Origin: Octopus vulgaris
Taxonomy: Eukaryota
Reading direction: 5' to 3'
DNA: 64,000 nt
NCBI GenBank assembly: GCA_951406725.2
Contig: OX597826.1
Span: 22,568,001-22,632,000, forward strand
A program made the translations under genes and the position numbers. Below, one piece after another: positions 39,825 through 52,627 of this stretch. The notes under the pieces were generated by a model. That model had not been told where the DNA came from and searched no databases. It saw only the letters and a program-made list of their open reading frames with translations. How positions within the stretch are numbered: the first letter of the stretch is position 1; every line of letters begins with the position of its first letter.

Positions 39825-42480
39825 AACTCGGTGTGTGACACACTAATTGTACATGTAAGGCAACTTGGTGTAGTTGTGTGTGCTACATATCGCCCTCCAG
39901 ATGCCCCAAGCCATGTAGGCAAGTTTGAAGACTGCCTTATAAAAATAGAAGTTCTAGTCACATTAGAACAACACATAAGTGTACTTCAATCTACTTCAAT
40001 AGACTTCAATCTACCCAATGTCAGATGGCCCGAGGGCCTTTCTCTCCCAGGAATGACACGATGTGAACGAGGACAGGCGAGGTCCCTCCTGAACCTCATC
40101 AACACCCTGTACCTGGAGCAAGTAATACTCCAACCAACCAGGGCAGGTAGCACACTGGATCTCTGCTTCACAAATAATATGGATCTAATCCATAATGTGA
40201 AAGTGACACCGACACTACTCTCGGATCACAACATGGTAGAGCTGACCATGTACGGGCCAAAGGAAAGCATAGACATGCAGCCTACAAGAAACTCTCAGAA
40301 TCTTTACAGTTTGAACTTCCATAAGGCAAACTGGAAACAAATTGAGAAAGAGATCCTCAAACAAAACTGGCCTGAATGTCACTCCTAGCCAGACATCGAC
40401 ATGAAACTTCAACAATTCATGTCTGTAATGCAAGCCATATGCTACAAATGTGTCCCAGAGAGAAAGGCCACTGTACACAAGAACAAAATCCCCAGAGAGA
40501 GGAAAATTATAATGAGACGGCGTACAAAAGTTTCAAATCGCCTAAACAAACAAATTGAAAGCAGTGAAAAGTCCCGCCTGAAAATAAAACTGTTGGAAAT
40601 TGAAAAATGTCTGCAACCCTCCCGTGAAAAGGAAAGAGCAGACAAAGAAGCCTGGGCTATAGACAACATAAAATCTAACCCCAGAGCTTTCTACAGGTAT
40701 GCCAAAGAAACAGCTACGGTGCACTGTAGGATAGGGCCACTGCTTGAAAAGGATGGCACACTCACAGGAAATCCAATGAGGGTAAGTGAAATACTGAATG
40801 AGCGATTCAAGAGTGTTTTCACTCCACCCCTTGGGCATTTCCAAATCAGCAATCCAACTGACTTCTTTACCACTGCAGATATAAAATCAGAGGCAGCGAT
40901 GATTGATTACATCAATATAAAGGAAGACGATGTAATAAAGGCTATAGATGAAATGAAAACAAACTCAGCTACTGGCCCCGATGGATTCCCGGCAATCCTT
41001 CTAAAAGTATGTAAGAGAGTCCTAGGAAGACCACTGCAGTTCCTCTTTTAGAGCTTCCTAGCAACTGCCAAACTTCCAAGAAAACTGAAGGAAGGTAAAA
41101 TATGCCCTATTCATAAAGGAGGTAGCAGAGCGGAGGCCAAGAACTACAGACCTATCTCTCTGACCTCACACATCAGCAAGGTCATAGAACGAATAGTCAG
41201 AAGGAAACTAATCACCTTCCTTGAAGAAAATGACTTGCTGCCTGACACCCAACATGGTTTCCGACCAGGAAGAAGCTGCTTAACTCAGCTCCTACAACAC
41301 TATGACTGGGTGCTGAAACGACTGCTCAACCACTCAAATGTGGAAGTCATATATCTCGACTTTGCAAAGGTCTTTGATGAAGTCGATCATGGAATGATAT
41401 GTCACAAACTGCGTAATCTTGGCATAGTTGGAAAACTGGGAGAATGGCTTCATGACTTTGTGAAGGATAGTGAGCGGTGTTCCGCAGGGCACCGTTTTGG
41501 GACCACTACTGTTCATAATAGCCCTCTCAGACATGCCCTCAGCCACGCAGAGAGCCACGATCACAAGTTATGCAGATGATACAAAAGTTTCAGAGGCAAT
41601 ACAGAACCCTGAAGACACTAAACACCTGCAATGTGAGCTGGACAAAATAGACAAGTGGGCTGAAAAGAATAGCATGCAGTTCAATGCTGAAAAGTTTCAA
41701 GCTTTATACTAAATGCAATACCCAATGAATACACTGGACCCGGAGGGATTGAAATCCCAGAGGCACAATCAGTGCGTGACCTGGGTATTTACATGAGTGA
41801 TGACGCAACCTTTCATGTACATGTTGCTAAATTAGCAATGAAATGTAGACAACTGGCCGGATGGATTCTTAGAACCTTTAGAACACTTGTCCTAAGCCAC
41901 TTTGACTATTGCTCTCAGCTATGGTCACCATCCAGTGTCAAGTTGATCACAGAACTTGAGGCGATCCAACGAAGCTACTGGGAAAGACTCAAGAGATTAA
42001 AACTCTATTCCTTGGAGCGTAGGCGAGAGAGATATGCCATAATATACATCTGGAAGATCCTGGAAGGACTTGTCCCAAACTTTGGCATCGAGAGTTACAC
42101 AAATGCCAGAAGTGGGCGCCACTGCGTGATGCCAAGGACTCCAAATTTGCCATCAAGATGTAGGACAAGATACTGTGATAGCCTGGGCTTCAGAAGCTCA
42201 CAGCTCTTCAATATCCTCCCGAAGAACCTGAGGGACCTGCATGGGGTGGAAGCGGATGTCTTTAAAGTTGGACTGGATCTCTTCCTGTCAGGTGTCCTGG
42301 ATGAACCAACTTCACGGCAGGAGGTGCAGATGAGGGCAGCTGCATCGAACTGTCTCATGCGCCAAATGGTAGTTGCTAAAAAGCATTCGTGAAGTAAAAT
42401 CATGTAGCAACACCAAATGGCGGTGCCCCAGCATGGCCACAGCTCGTGAGCTGAAACTAGATAAAATAAAACAAATTAAA
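39823..42480 (+). mobile_element. 5'-truncated CR1-like LINE (APE-RT)
   Basis: YRPP, DFNLP, PTRAGSTLDL, SDHN, GPDGFP, GVPQG, YADDTK, LYSLERRR and 3' tail; several deletions and stops. Confidence 0.95.
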
Positions 42481-42492
42481 TTAAAAAAAAAA

Positions 42493-42551
<59 letters not shown>

Positions 42552-42615
42552 ATGTGTGTGTATATATATATATTGGAAGGTTTGGAGATGATGTACAGGT
42601 ATTTTATATTAGAAG

Positions 42616-42655
<40 letters not shown>

Positions 42656-42694
42656 GAATGAAAGAATGGAGTCGAACGAAGATGTTAACAAAAT

Positions 42695-42790
42695 TCCTTC
42701 ACTCTCGACATATGTTTCGAAGACGGCATATTTTTATTCCGAAGGAATAAAATTGCATTATGCAATCTTCTCATCAGGAAAGATATGGAG
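42695..42790 (-). ncRNA. Type I hammerhead ribozyme, intact core, 52-nt stem II
   Basis: ctttc-CTGATGA-gaagattgcata...tatgccgtcttc-GAAA-CATAT-GTC-gagag; palindromic ACATATGT. Confidence 0.88.
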
Positions 42791-43279
42791 CCTCTCTCAA
42801 CCATAAGACGAACAAAAATTTCGATGATTGCCTACATGGTGATCACAGCGATAATGAATGTTTTTTTTAAAAAATCCGTTATAATCATTGACGTCAAAAA
42901 TGGGTCGAAGGAGGAAGTAAAAATAGGTAGGGAACAGTATGTTTGCTGTATGTATGGAGGTGTGCATGTGTGCGCTTGTGTTAATGAGTGCGAGTGTTTG
43001 TGTGTGTGTACGTGTGTGTGTATATAACTGCATTTGTGTTTGTGTGTGTGATTGTGTGTGTGACAGAGAGACATACGTCAAGCATTGGCAGAAACACACT
43101 TTCCACTCATATAAATGATAAAGATAGCCACTGTAGTTTTAACAATTAACTTCACGTCCACACCACTGCCATAGACAAATTCTTTCCTACGCCTCCGAAT
43201 ATTCTTTCAATCAACGTTCACTTCCTCTTCCCTAACTCTTCCTTATATATTCCATTGCTGCTACATATCTTTGACGTAT

Positions 43280-43316
<37 letters not shown>

Positions 43317-43599
43317 CACAAAATCAAACACACAGACACAAATTTTCCCCTTACTACTAAGTATATTTGACGTATGTCTCTCTGTCACACACACAATCAC
43401 ACATACAGACAGAAATGCAGTTATATACACACACACGTACACAGACACAAACACTCGCACTCATTAACACAAGCGCACACCTGCACATCTCCATACATAC
43501 AGCAAACATACTGTCTCCTACCTATTTTTACTTCCTCCTTCTACCCATTTTTGACGTCATAAGTCGACATTTTTTGTGCATTTTGATGTCGACATAAGT

Positions 43600-43697
43600 T
43601 CCTTGATTTTCCTGATGAGAAATCTGCATAATGTACTCCTTATTCCTTCGGAATTAGGAATATGCAGCCTTCGAAAAATATGTCGAGAATAAAGGAT
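43600..43697 (+). ncRNA. Type I hammerhead ribozyme, 54-nt stem II
   Basis: ccttgattttc-CTGATGA-gaaatctgcata..tatgcagccttc-GAAA-AATAT-GTC-gagaataaagg; one stem III mismatch. Confidence 0.8.
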
Positions 43698-43920
43698 ATT
43701 TGTTAACTAGCCGTTCAACTCCATTCTTTCATATACTTATGATTTTAAAATAAACATACAAATTTCCGCACGAAGACACGTAGTCTATGCCCTAGGGACG
43801 TAGCTTCAACCGTGTTCTTTCTGGTGTGAATTTGCTACCCAGGTATCGGTTATCTTTCGAATTATCCTTAATAAGATAATTCATTCAATTTATTCAAATA
43901 TATGTATATATATATATATG

Positions 43921-43982
<62 letters not shown>

Positions 43983-43989
<7 letters not shown>

Positions 43990-44476
43990 CTGTAGTTGTG
44001 TGAGTGTCTGTCCCCTTCGATTTAGATTCCTAACTACTCCCACATTGTGCGGTGCAGTTTAACCAAATTCGGGTATCTTATAGTCGTGATTCATATCGAG
44101 CCCGTCTGAGTATTAGCGCGCGTCTACAATGAGTCTACGATTTTAAAAATAATTTAACATCATTTTTTATTCCATTTTAATGCATAATTTTTCGTGTGTC
44201 GATGGCGGCGGAGTTGGCGTCCATGGTCACACCTGCACCTGTTTGCTTCTCCCCTCCCTCGTGAAGCTGTGGGGAAGGGAGTGTAAGGAATCAACGTCGT
44301 AAAGCGTTGTCAAGGAGACCAGCGTTCTTTTAGAACAACGATTTTATGGCTTGAAGACACCAAAACAGAAATGGCTAAGAAAGCCCGAATTGGCATCTAT
44401 AAGGGAAGTAACTCTCTAAAAATGCTTATATAGTTATTTCCCTTACAAACCCGAGCAACGCCGGGCGATACTGATA

Positions 44477-44478
<2 letters not shown>
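43983..44478 (-). mobile_element. Non-autonomous Helitron-like element
   Basis: Reverse complement of the 55097-55480 family; terminal motif acta(g/t)cagtatcgcccggcgttgctcgggt with a small hairpin; inserted in TA. Confidence 0.7.
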
Positions 44479-44513
<35 letters not shown>

Positions 44514-44516
<3 letters not shown>

Positions 44517-45826
44517 TAGCTGAAGGTGACCCGCTCTACGCGCGGGTAAGAGTGTTGTTGTTACTTTCTGTTGCTTCCTTTCAGCACGTAAAAAGCACCA
44601 TCCGAACGTGGCGGATTGCAGCGCCGCCTTGACTGGCTTCTGTGCTGGTGTCACGTAAAAAGCACCAACCGATCGTGGCTGCTGCCAGCCCCCCTGGCAC
44701 CTGTGCAGGCGGCACGAAAAAAGCACCCACTACGCTCACAGAGTAGTTGGCGTTAGGAAGGGCATCCACCTGTCGAAACACTGCCAGATCAGACTGGAGC
44801 CTGGTGCAGCCTCCTGGCTTCCCAGACCCCTGTCAAACTGTCCAACCCGTGCTAGCACGGAAAACGGACGTTAAACGATGATGATGATGATGATGATTCT
44901 CCCTCTTTGTTTCTTTCTCCTTTCTCTCTCACTTTCCCACTCTCTTACTCTTCCTTTCTCTCGGACTCTCCCTCGCTTTCTCTTACTCTCTATCTTTATG
45001 TATCTCTCTCCCATTTATAAACAACAAAAGATCTTGAGTAAGTTGAGAAATAAAATATTTAGAAAGATCAATCATAAATATCAGGCAGTAACAACGGAAA
45101 GGTCTGCTTCAAGACAGACAGCAAAACACTAACATTTAAAAGGGACAGACGAACTTGCGAGCTGAATAAAAAAAATAAAATATTGGAAACCAAAGTTTGA
45201 AGGGATAGAATTTGAGGATAGTAGAGTCACCATGGCTGGCATTTCTTAACGACGGACAGCAACGTATTGACAGTTCAACGGCTGGCGTAAAATTTTGAAC
45301 TTGATGTAAAAGAAAATCCCTAAAAACCAAGTTTTGAATTGATTCTTTCTCACGACAGTAGACTCACGATGGCAAGCATTGAAAACTTCTTCATCATGGA
45401 CGGCAACACATTGACGATTAAAAGGCTGGCGCAAATTTTTTAGCTTGACGTAACAGAGAATTGCTAAACACCCGCTCCTTTAAATTTTAATCCCCTTCCA
45501 GCCCCATTTAGACCCCTTTTCACATTTTGGTTAATATAACCCGATTTCATTTGGGTCTACTGGGGCCACATTTTATAAGATGAGGACTCAACCAAGTTTC
45601 CCAAGTTCTGGTCATAAACCATAGAACACTCAACGAAGTTTCCCGAGTTCTGGTCATAGACCATAGAACAGTCAAGCAAGTTTCCGAAGTTTCCCGAGTT
45701 CTGGTCATAGACCATAGAACACTCAACCAAGTTTCCCGAGTTCTGGTCATTTGCAGAATAAATAGAGACAGCGGAGGTGGCAGACGTCGTTGCAATGTAA
45801 ACATGATTTGTTATAAGAGAAAGATT
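44514..45826 (+). mobile_element. Helitron-like element carrying a SINE and a minisatellite
   Basis: Starts actagctgaaggtgacccgctctacgcgcgggt, the same architecture as 55097, and ends ..ttataagagaaagat. SINE/RTE-tail insertion at 44573-44896. Confidence 0.55.
45586..45750. repeat. ~42-bp minisatellite
   Basis: About 4 copies of aagtttcccgagttctggtcatagaccatagaacactcaa. Confidence 0.85.
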
Positions 45827-46109
45827 GTCCAGATTGTGTGTTGGTGGTGGTGGTGGCGATGATAATTATCTTTAAGAATGGAGATAAAGAGAAATTGAAT
45901 GGGAGTTAGAGGTAGAAAGAGAAGGTGTAAATTTTGGAGTGAATCCGACGGGATGTAGTGGGTTTTAACCCCGGCAAAAAAAAATAATATCTGTTGCGTT
46001 TCTGAAAGAGGTGAAGTAGGAATATTGAAACTTTTGCGGCTGTCATTGATAGACTCGTTGTAGAATAAATAGAGACGGCGAAAAAAGAGAGAGCTCGAGA
46101 CACCTTTCG

Positions 46110-46953
46110 TCTTTGGTTTCTAGTCCTTGTGAGGACTAAACCTCTGACCACACAAAGCATACTCAACCATGTTCCAGTTCGAAAGGCAGGCGACCACCAA
46201 GCAAAACTATATACGAAGATTTAGCTTGTACCTAAGATGGCTACAGATTCAACTCATACTGTTAGTGTGAAAATATCACCACGGAAAAACAGTCGCAGAA
46301 TATCTATATCAAGAGAAAAATAACCAAGCGACAGACACGACGTCATTGCCAACATCGTCTCTATCTACGAAGATTTAACTTGTACACAAGATAACTACAG
46401 ATTCAGCTCAAGCGGTTAGGTGAAAATCTCACCACGGGAAAACGGCTACAGTAAATATATCTGAAAGAATATCCATATCAAGAGAAAGATAAACACAACA
46501 AGTGATTCAACTAATCTCAGCTCCGAGAAACAACATCTTGATATTGAACTCTTACACTTCGTGTACCTCATAAACAGTAAATCAATTACCTGTCTTTAGT
46601 TTTAGTTCTTGTAAGAACTGGCTTCAGAGACAGCGCTGCTCAACCAAATGGTATACGATTGTCCCTGCTACAACTAGCTACGACGCTAATGTACACTCAA
46701 CGCGGAGAGCCTACTATCTTCGCCGCCTCCACCATCAGGTACTTTTCTATGTCAACCACATTCACCCTACACAGACACAAAACCATGTTAACGCTTACCA
46801 GCTCCTGACGTCGACACAATTGTAAAATATGTAAAATAAATAATGTTTATATCTCAAACAGAAGACTTGTTGTCAATCCACTTACGTTCTATTGTTACTG
46901 CATGTATTTATGGCTTGTAATAAATCATTAAGAATGGGACCGCGTGCGATTGT
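46110..46953. mobile_element. LTR-like fragment related to 30979-31957, inverted
   Basis: tactcaaccatgttccagttcgaaa and acacaacaagtgattcaactaatctc match the reverse complement of 31370-31660. Confidence 0.7.
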
Positions 46954-47518
46954 ATTTCATACACAATACGACCGCATGTGATCCTGTTTTTATAAGGTTT
47001 AGGCATAGTTTCGGTTGTAGTAGCACAGATTTCCGTCGATTTCCGTAAAAAACTTTTATTTTTTTACATAAGTAATGAGAGCGAAAGAGACTAAGAGGAA
47101 GCGATTTTACGACGAGAAGGTTTCACTTTGAAGTCGGCCTGTGTGTGTTTGATGGGGTGTGGGAGACAGACAGTATGTTGTGTAAGTGAAGTGCTTCTGT
47201 TAGTGTGTGCGAAGAGACAGACATACATATACACATACACCGAGTAAAAAATTACGATGAATCGGCCATACATACATACATACACACACACACATACATA
47301 GATACATACACACACATACATACATACATACATACACACACACACATACATACATACATACATACATACATACACACACACATACTTACACACACACACA
47401 CACACACATAGATACATACACACACACATACATGCAGACATACATATACACATACACCGAGTAAAAAATTACACTGAATCGACCATGCATACATACACAC
47501 ATACATACATACACATAC

Positions 47519-47549
<31 letters not shown>

Positions 47550-47639
47550 TACATGCAGACATACATATACACATACACCGAGTAAAAAATTACACTGAAT
47601 CGACCATGCATACATACACACATACATACATACACATAC

Positions 47640-47670
<31 letters not shown>

Positions 47671-47819
47671 TACATGCAGACATACATATACACATACACC
47701 GAGTAAAAGACATGCGAAACTTCGCCAAGGTTTATAGCTTTATGTTTATACACACTATAAACATAAAGCTATAAACCTTATAAAAACAGGATCACATGCG
47801 GTCGTATTGTGTATGAAAT
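46954..47819. mobile_element. Unclassified element with 48-bp inverted ends and ~120-bp tandem units
   Basis: 46954-47001 is the exact reverse complement of 47772-47819; four copies of gacatacatatacacatacaccgagtaaaa. Confidence 0.65.
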
Positions 47820-48199
47820 TGTGTATGCATATACACACACATAGATATATACATACATATATACATACATGCATACACAGGCGTATGTACGTACATACAT
47901 ACACACATACATACGTACATATATATGACGAACTAACTGTTACTTTCTCAGATGCAGCACGGATTTTTGTCAGTGAACAGGTCGCGGATTTTAGCGACGT
48001 AAATATTTTGACAGATTAAACTTAAATGTTGATGTGAATCGAACGGCTTTTGTGTGTTTCTTAAATGGCTTACAAACACCTTCCACGCTGCAATTATGTA
48101 TTTCTCACCTTGAACTTTCAACCTTGAACTTGTTCGCATAAACTGTCCCGTTTGTTGTATTTTTATTTTCTCTTATATTACCACTTTTTTTACATTCAT

Positions 48200-51100
48200 T
48201 TCATGCTTCCCACATTTTCCTGAATTTTTGTTCTCCTTTCCGTCTTTCTTCCCTCTCTGGATGTCCATACTCCGTTTCCTCTGCCTGCACCCCCCTTTTT
48301 TTGCCCCCCCCCTCTCTGCTTCCCTTCTTTCTTTCCCTTTTCCGTTTGCCCCGTCTTTTCTGCCCCTATCGCTTACTTATCTAGATTTTTCATACGATTA
48401 TTATTTTTTTGTTTTTTTGAACGTTTGTTTTTTCCCCTTTTTTCGCTATCCTTTTTTTCTATTTTTTTCATACGATAATGTTTGTTTTTTGTTTTTTTTG
48501 TTTTTTCGAACGTTTTTTTTCCGCTATCCCATCATGCCGGATCCTAGGTCCTACCTCCTCACCCTCCATCACCGTTTGAAGGATCATCTACGTTCGCTTC
48601 CTGTATATTGCCTTCAGCCGTCCGTTAATCTCTCTCTACTTCTTTTTAAAAAAACCCGCTTCTCTAGCCATGTCTCTTTCCTAAGCCGCTGCCTACATCA
48701 CCGACTCATCCCTAAAGGTTTCCGCCTCCACTTCCACCCTGCTCTCCACTCGGATTCTTCCATCTTACCCATACTCCGCGCCACATCTTACCGCCTTATG
48801 CGGGCCACCATTCGCTCCAATCTCTCCAAACTACATGCCATCAACCGCCTTCTTCCTCCTGCTTTCTCCACCTTCTTCTCCTCTCTGCCGCCTCTCTATG
48901 CTCCAAACACGCTACGCTTCATTATCCATTTGAATCAACTCTTCCATCAATTTCTTTCTGATACCAAACTTCGTAAACTCCAATCACTCTTCCATTCCAC
49001 CCTACCCGACGCCACTACCCCAACTCCTCCACCACCCTTCTCCCCCTCCCGATAGGCTCCATCCACCCACACCTAACCCCACTGCCCCTCCCTACAACCC
49101 CTTCTCCCCTCCCGTTAGGCTCCATCCACCTACACCTAACCCTACTGCCCCGCCCAACCACCCCCACACACCTCCCCAATCCCTCCCCCTCAGACCTCCA
49201 CGAGACCTACCACCCCTCCTACTTCTATTCCACCCACCCCTTCTCCACTTCCGTCTGTTGTTACCATTCCCCCCGATCTTCCCCTCTCTGCGGCTGAACG
49301 CTCCGTCCTTGGTAGGGGTCTGCGTTTCATCCCCCTCACTCCATCCTGTAAGGAATTTGTGCGCCGTGTCCGGTTGGGTGCGCATTACCACGACTCGCCA
49401 CCCACACCCCACGAAGAGGACGACTGCTTCACTGGCCTGGGCCACCGACCATCCCCGTGGACGCCTGCCCCTGGCCAGATCCTAGCGGTGGATCTTTTCG
49501 CGGGCGCTTGTCAGCGTGCATTGGAGCGGTTCAACTTCTCCAGGCGCCAACGCCGCCTCAACATCTCCCCGGCTGAGCTCTTGGCTCTTCGTTCCCTCCA
49601 ACGGCGCGCTGACATTATCATCAAACCGGCTGACAAGGGTGGAGCTGTAGTGGTGTGGCGCGCGGACCTCTATAGGGCCGAGGCTTTCCGCCAACTCAAT
49701 GACACCTCCTTCTATTCCCCTCTGCCCTCTAACCCCACACGTAGCTACCAACAGACGGTATCCTCTACTGTCCAAGACCTCATCTCGTCCTCCCGTCTCC
49801 CCCGCACCGCATCCAACCTAATTGTGCGAACCCCACGTACCCCCACCATTTACTTCCTCCCCAAAATCCACAAACCCAACAACCCTGGCCGCCCCATCGT
49901 CTCCGCCTGTAACTGCCCCACGGAGCTCATCTCTAAATACCTCGACCGTGTCCTTGCCCCCCTAGTGGCATCTCTTCCCTCCCACATCCACGATACCAAC
50001 CATGCTCTCCGGCTTTTCAACTCTTTCTCCTTTCCTCCCGGCTCCTCCAAAATCCTTTTTACTATGGACATCCAAAGCCTCTATACTGTTATCCCTCACC
50101 ACGAAGGACTGCAGGCCCTTCGACACTTTCTTGACCTCCGCTCTAACCCTGTACCTGACACCTCCACACTCATTCGTCTGGCCGAACTTGTCCTTACTCA
50201 GAACTGCTTCTCGTTCGCGGGCGAGTTCTACCATCAGGTCTCGGGAGTGGCCATGGGAACGCGAATGGGCCCCAACTATGCGAACCTGTTCGTTGGCTAT
50301 GTTGAGGCCCAAATATTCTCTAATTTCACTGGTCCCACTCCTGAACTATATGGTCGTTATATTGACGACATTATCGGTGCCACCTCACTCTCCCGCGAAC
50401 ATCTAGATTCCTTTTCTCTTTCGTCCAATCTTTCCATCCAGCCCTCCACTTCACTTCCACTATCTCCAACACCTCTGTCTCCTTCCTCGACATTTCGGTT
50501 AGCATTCTTCACTCCACTCTTACCACCTCCATTCACTACAAACACACAGACTCACACTCATACCTCAACTTCTCTTCCTCCCACCCAGAACACACCAAGC
50601 TTTCCATCCCCTATTCCCAATTCCTCCGTCTACGTAGGCTCTGTAGTGACGACCATGACTTTGAGACTCAGTCTCAACGTATGGCTCACCACTTCACCCT
50701 ACGTGGATACCCCCTCACCACTATCCACACCGCCCTTGCCAGAGCACGGTCCGTGGACCGTGTATCTGCTCTCTCTCCCCGAACCCGCCCTGTAGTCTCC
50801 CGCCTCCCTTTTCCCCTCACTTACCACCCCACGACCCTACGTCTCCAACGCACCATTCTTCGAGCTTTCCGTCATCTCCAGTCCGACCCTTCCACTTCAC
50901 ACCTCTTCCCTAACCGACCCCTCCCCTCTTTCAAACGAGCCCACAACCTTCGAGACCTTTTGGTCCATAGCTCCTTCCCTGACCCTACCTCCCAACCCGG
51001 CTCGTTCCCCTGCTCCCGCCCACGTTGCCGCACTTGCCCTTACCTCTCCAACACCACCCGCCTCACTAGCACCCACCATCGACCCTATCCCATCATCCAC

Positions 51101-52244
51101 TCCTTCACCTGCACCTCCAGCAATATTATCTATTGCATCTCTTGCTCTCTCTGCAATTCCTTGTACATCGGACAAACGGGACGCCGCTTGGCTGACCGGT
51201 TCGCGGAACACCTTCGTGACATCCACCTTGCGAACGACACACGGTCTCACGCCATTTCCGCTCCACCGGTCACTCCTTGCAACACCTATCTGTGTTCGGT
51301 TTGTCCTTACACAGAGGCCATCCGGATTCCCGTTTGCGCCGTGAACAGGAATTAATCTTCTCTCTTCGCTCTTATACGCCATTTGGTCTCAACTCTCCCC
51401 CCTCCTCATCTAACCCCCCCCTCCCCCCCTCCTCATCTAACCCCCCTCTCCCCCCTCCTCACCTATCCTTTCTCCCCTCGACCCCTACTTCTTCAGTCCT
51501 TCATCCTTTCACCCCTACTCCCCTTCCCTTCTTCCCTCTTTCTCCCTCCCTCTTCCCCTTCCCTCTGCTCCCTCACTCCCTCTCTCCCCTTCTCTCTCCC
51601 CCTCCCCTCTTTCCTCCTTCATCCCCCTCCTCACCTTCCTTCTCCCATATCGTCTCCTCTTCCCCCTTCTCCTCCCCTCTTCTTCCCCTCCCCTTCTCTC
51701 CCCCCTCTTCTCCCCCTCCCCCTCTTCTCCTCACTACACCACATGACTTTACACATCACATCACATATGATGTGCCATACTAATACATACACCCAACCCC
51801 ATACATACGCACGTCCAGACCAATCTTACGCACTAATACTCTCTCATACACACACACACACACACACACACACCCTTATACATACTAATACATACACCAA
51901 CCCTATACATACACACATCCAGACCCCTCCCACGCACTTTTAGCTGGTCCCTCAACCCTTTTATCAACCCTATTATCTCCCCTTATTTCGCTCTCGCGTC
52001 TCATGTTTGATCTTTGACCTCTGGCCGAAATCAGATCGCCATGTTGATTCGTTAGCTACTGCACGCATTTTTTTCTCTCCTTCTTTCTGTGTTTTTCTCT
52101 CTCTCTGTATCTTTCTGTTCAAGAGCGTAGGCTCGAAACATTAAAGACTTGTTTTATTTATATTTCCTGAGCGCCATACTAATACAATTGTTCGTTTGTT
52201 TTCCACCTGCCTTCGTCTTTTGTTTATTTTCATAAAGCTTCCCG

Positions 52245-52246
<2 letters not shown>
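48200..52246 (+). mobile_element. Near full-length Penelope-like element (C-rich sense strand)
   Basis: FLSRCL..LIPKGF, IKPADKGGAVV, YFLPKIHK..PGRPIVS, TMDIQSLYT, GVAMGT, RYIDDI, CSRPRCRTC, IYCISC..LYIGQTGRRLADRFAEH. Few frameshifts; 3' end abuts (TA)n. Confidence 0.95.
52109..52149 (+). ncRNA. Hammerhead-like motif, non-canonical core
   Basis: tcttt-CTGTTCAA-gagcgtaggctc-GAAACATTA-aaga, at the expected position in the PLE 3' region. Confidence 0.45.
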
Positions 52247-52321
<75 letters not shown>

Positions 52322-52361
52322 TGTATATATATATATATATATAGTACTGGTGTGGCTGTGT

Positions 52362-52447
<86 letters not shown>

Positions 52448-52461
52448 TATATATATATATA

Positions 52462-52627
52462 GGTACTGGTGTGGCTGTGTTGTAAGGGGCTTGCTTCCCA
52501 ACCAAGTGGTTTTAGATTCAGCCTCACTACGTAGCACCTTGAGCAAGTGTCCTCTTCTATGGCCTCGGGTCGACCAAATCCTTGTGAGTGGATTTAATTG
52601 ATAGAAACTGAAAGAAGCCCATCGTAT
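52462..52627 (+). mobile_element. SINE head fragment
   Basis: Same head as 25656 and 56793; its first ~20 nt are duplicated at ~52343. Confidence 0.75.

Larger units (their letters stand above)
42652..43898. mobile_element. ORF-less fold-back PLE derivative with a hammerhead on each strand
   Basis: Inverted arms 42889-43081 / 43367-43559; hammerheads at 42695-42790 (-) and 43600-43697 (+); bounded by (TA)n. Confidence 0.82.

Noticed and set aside
45586-45750. CRISPR-like array
   Set aside because: Tandem units without unique spacers, in a eukaryotic context with no cas genes.
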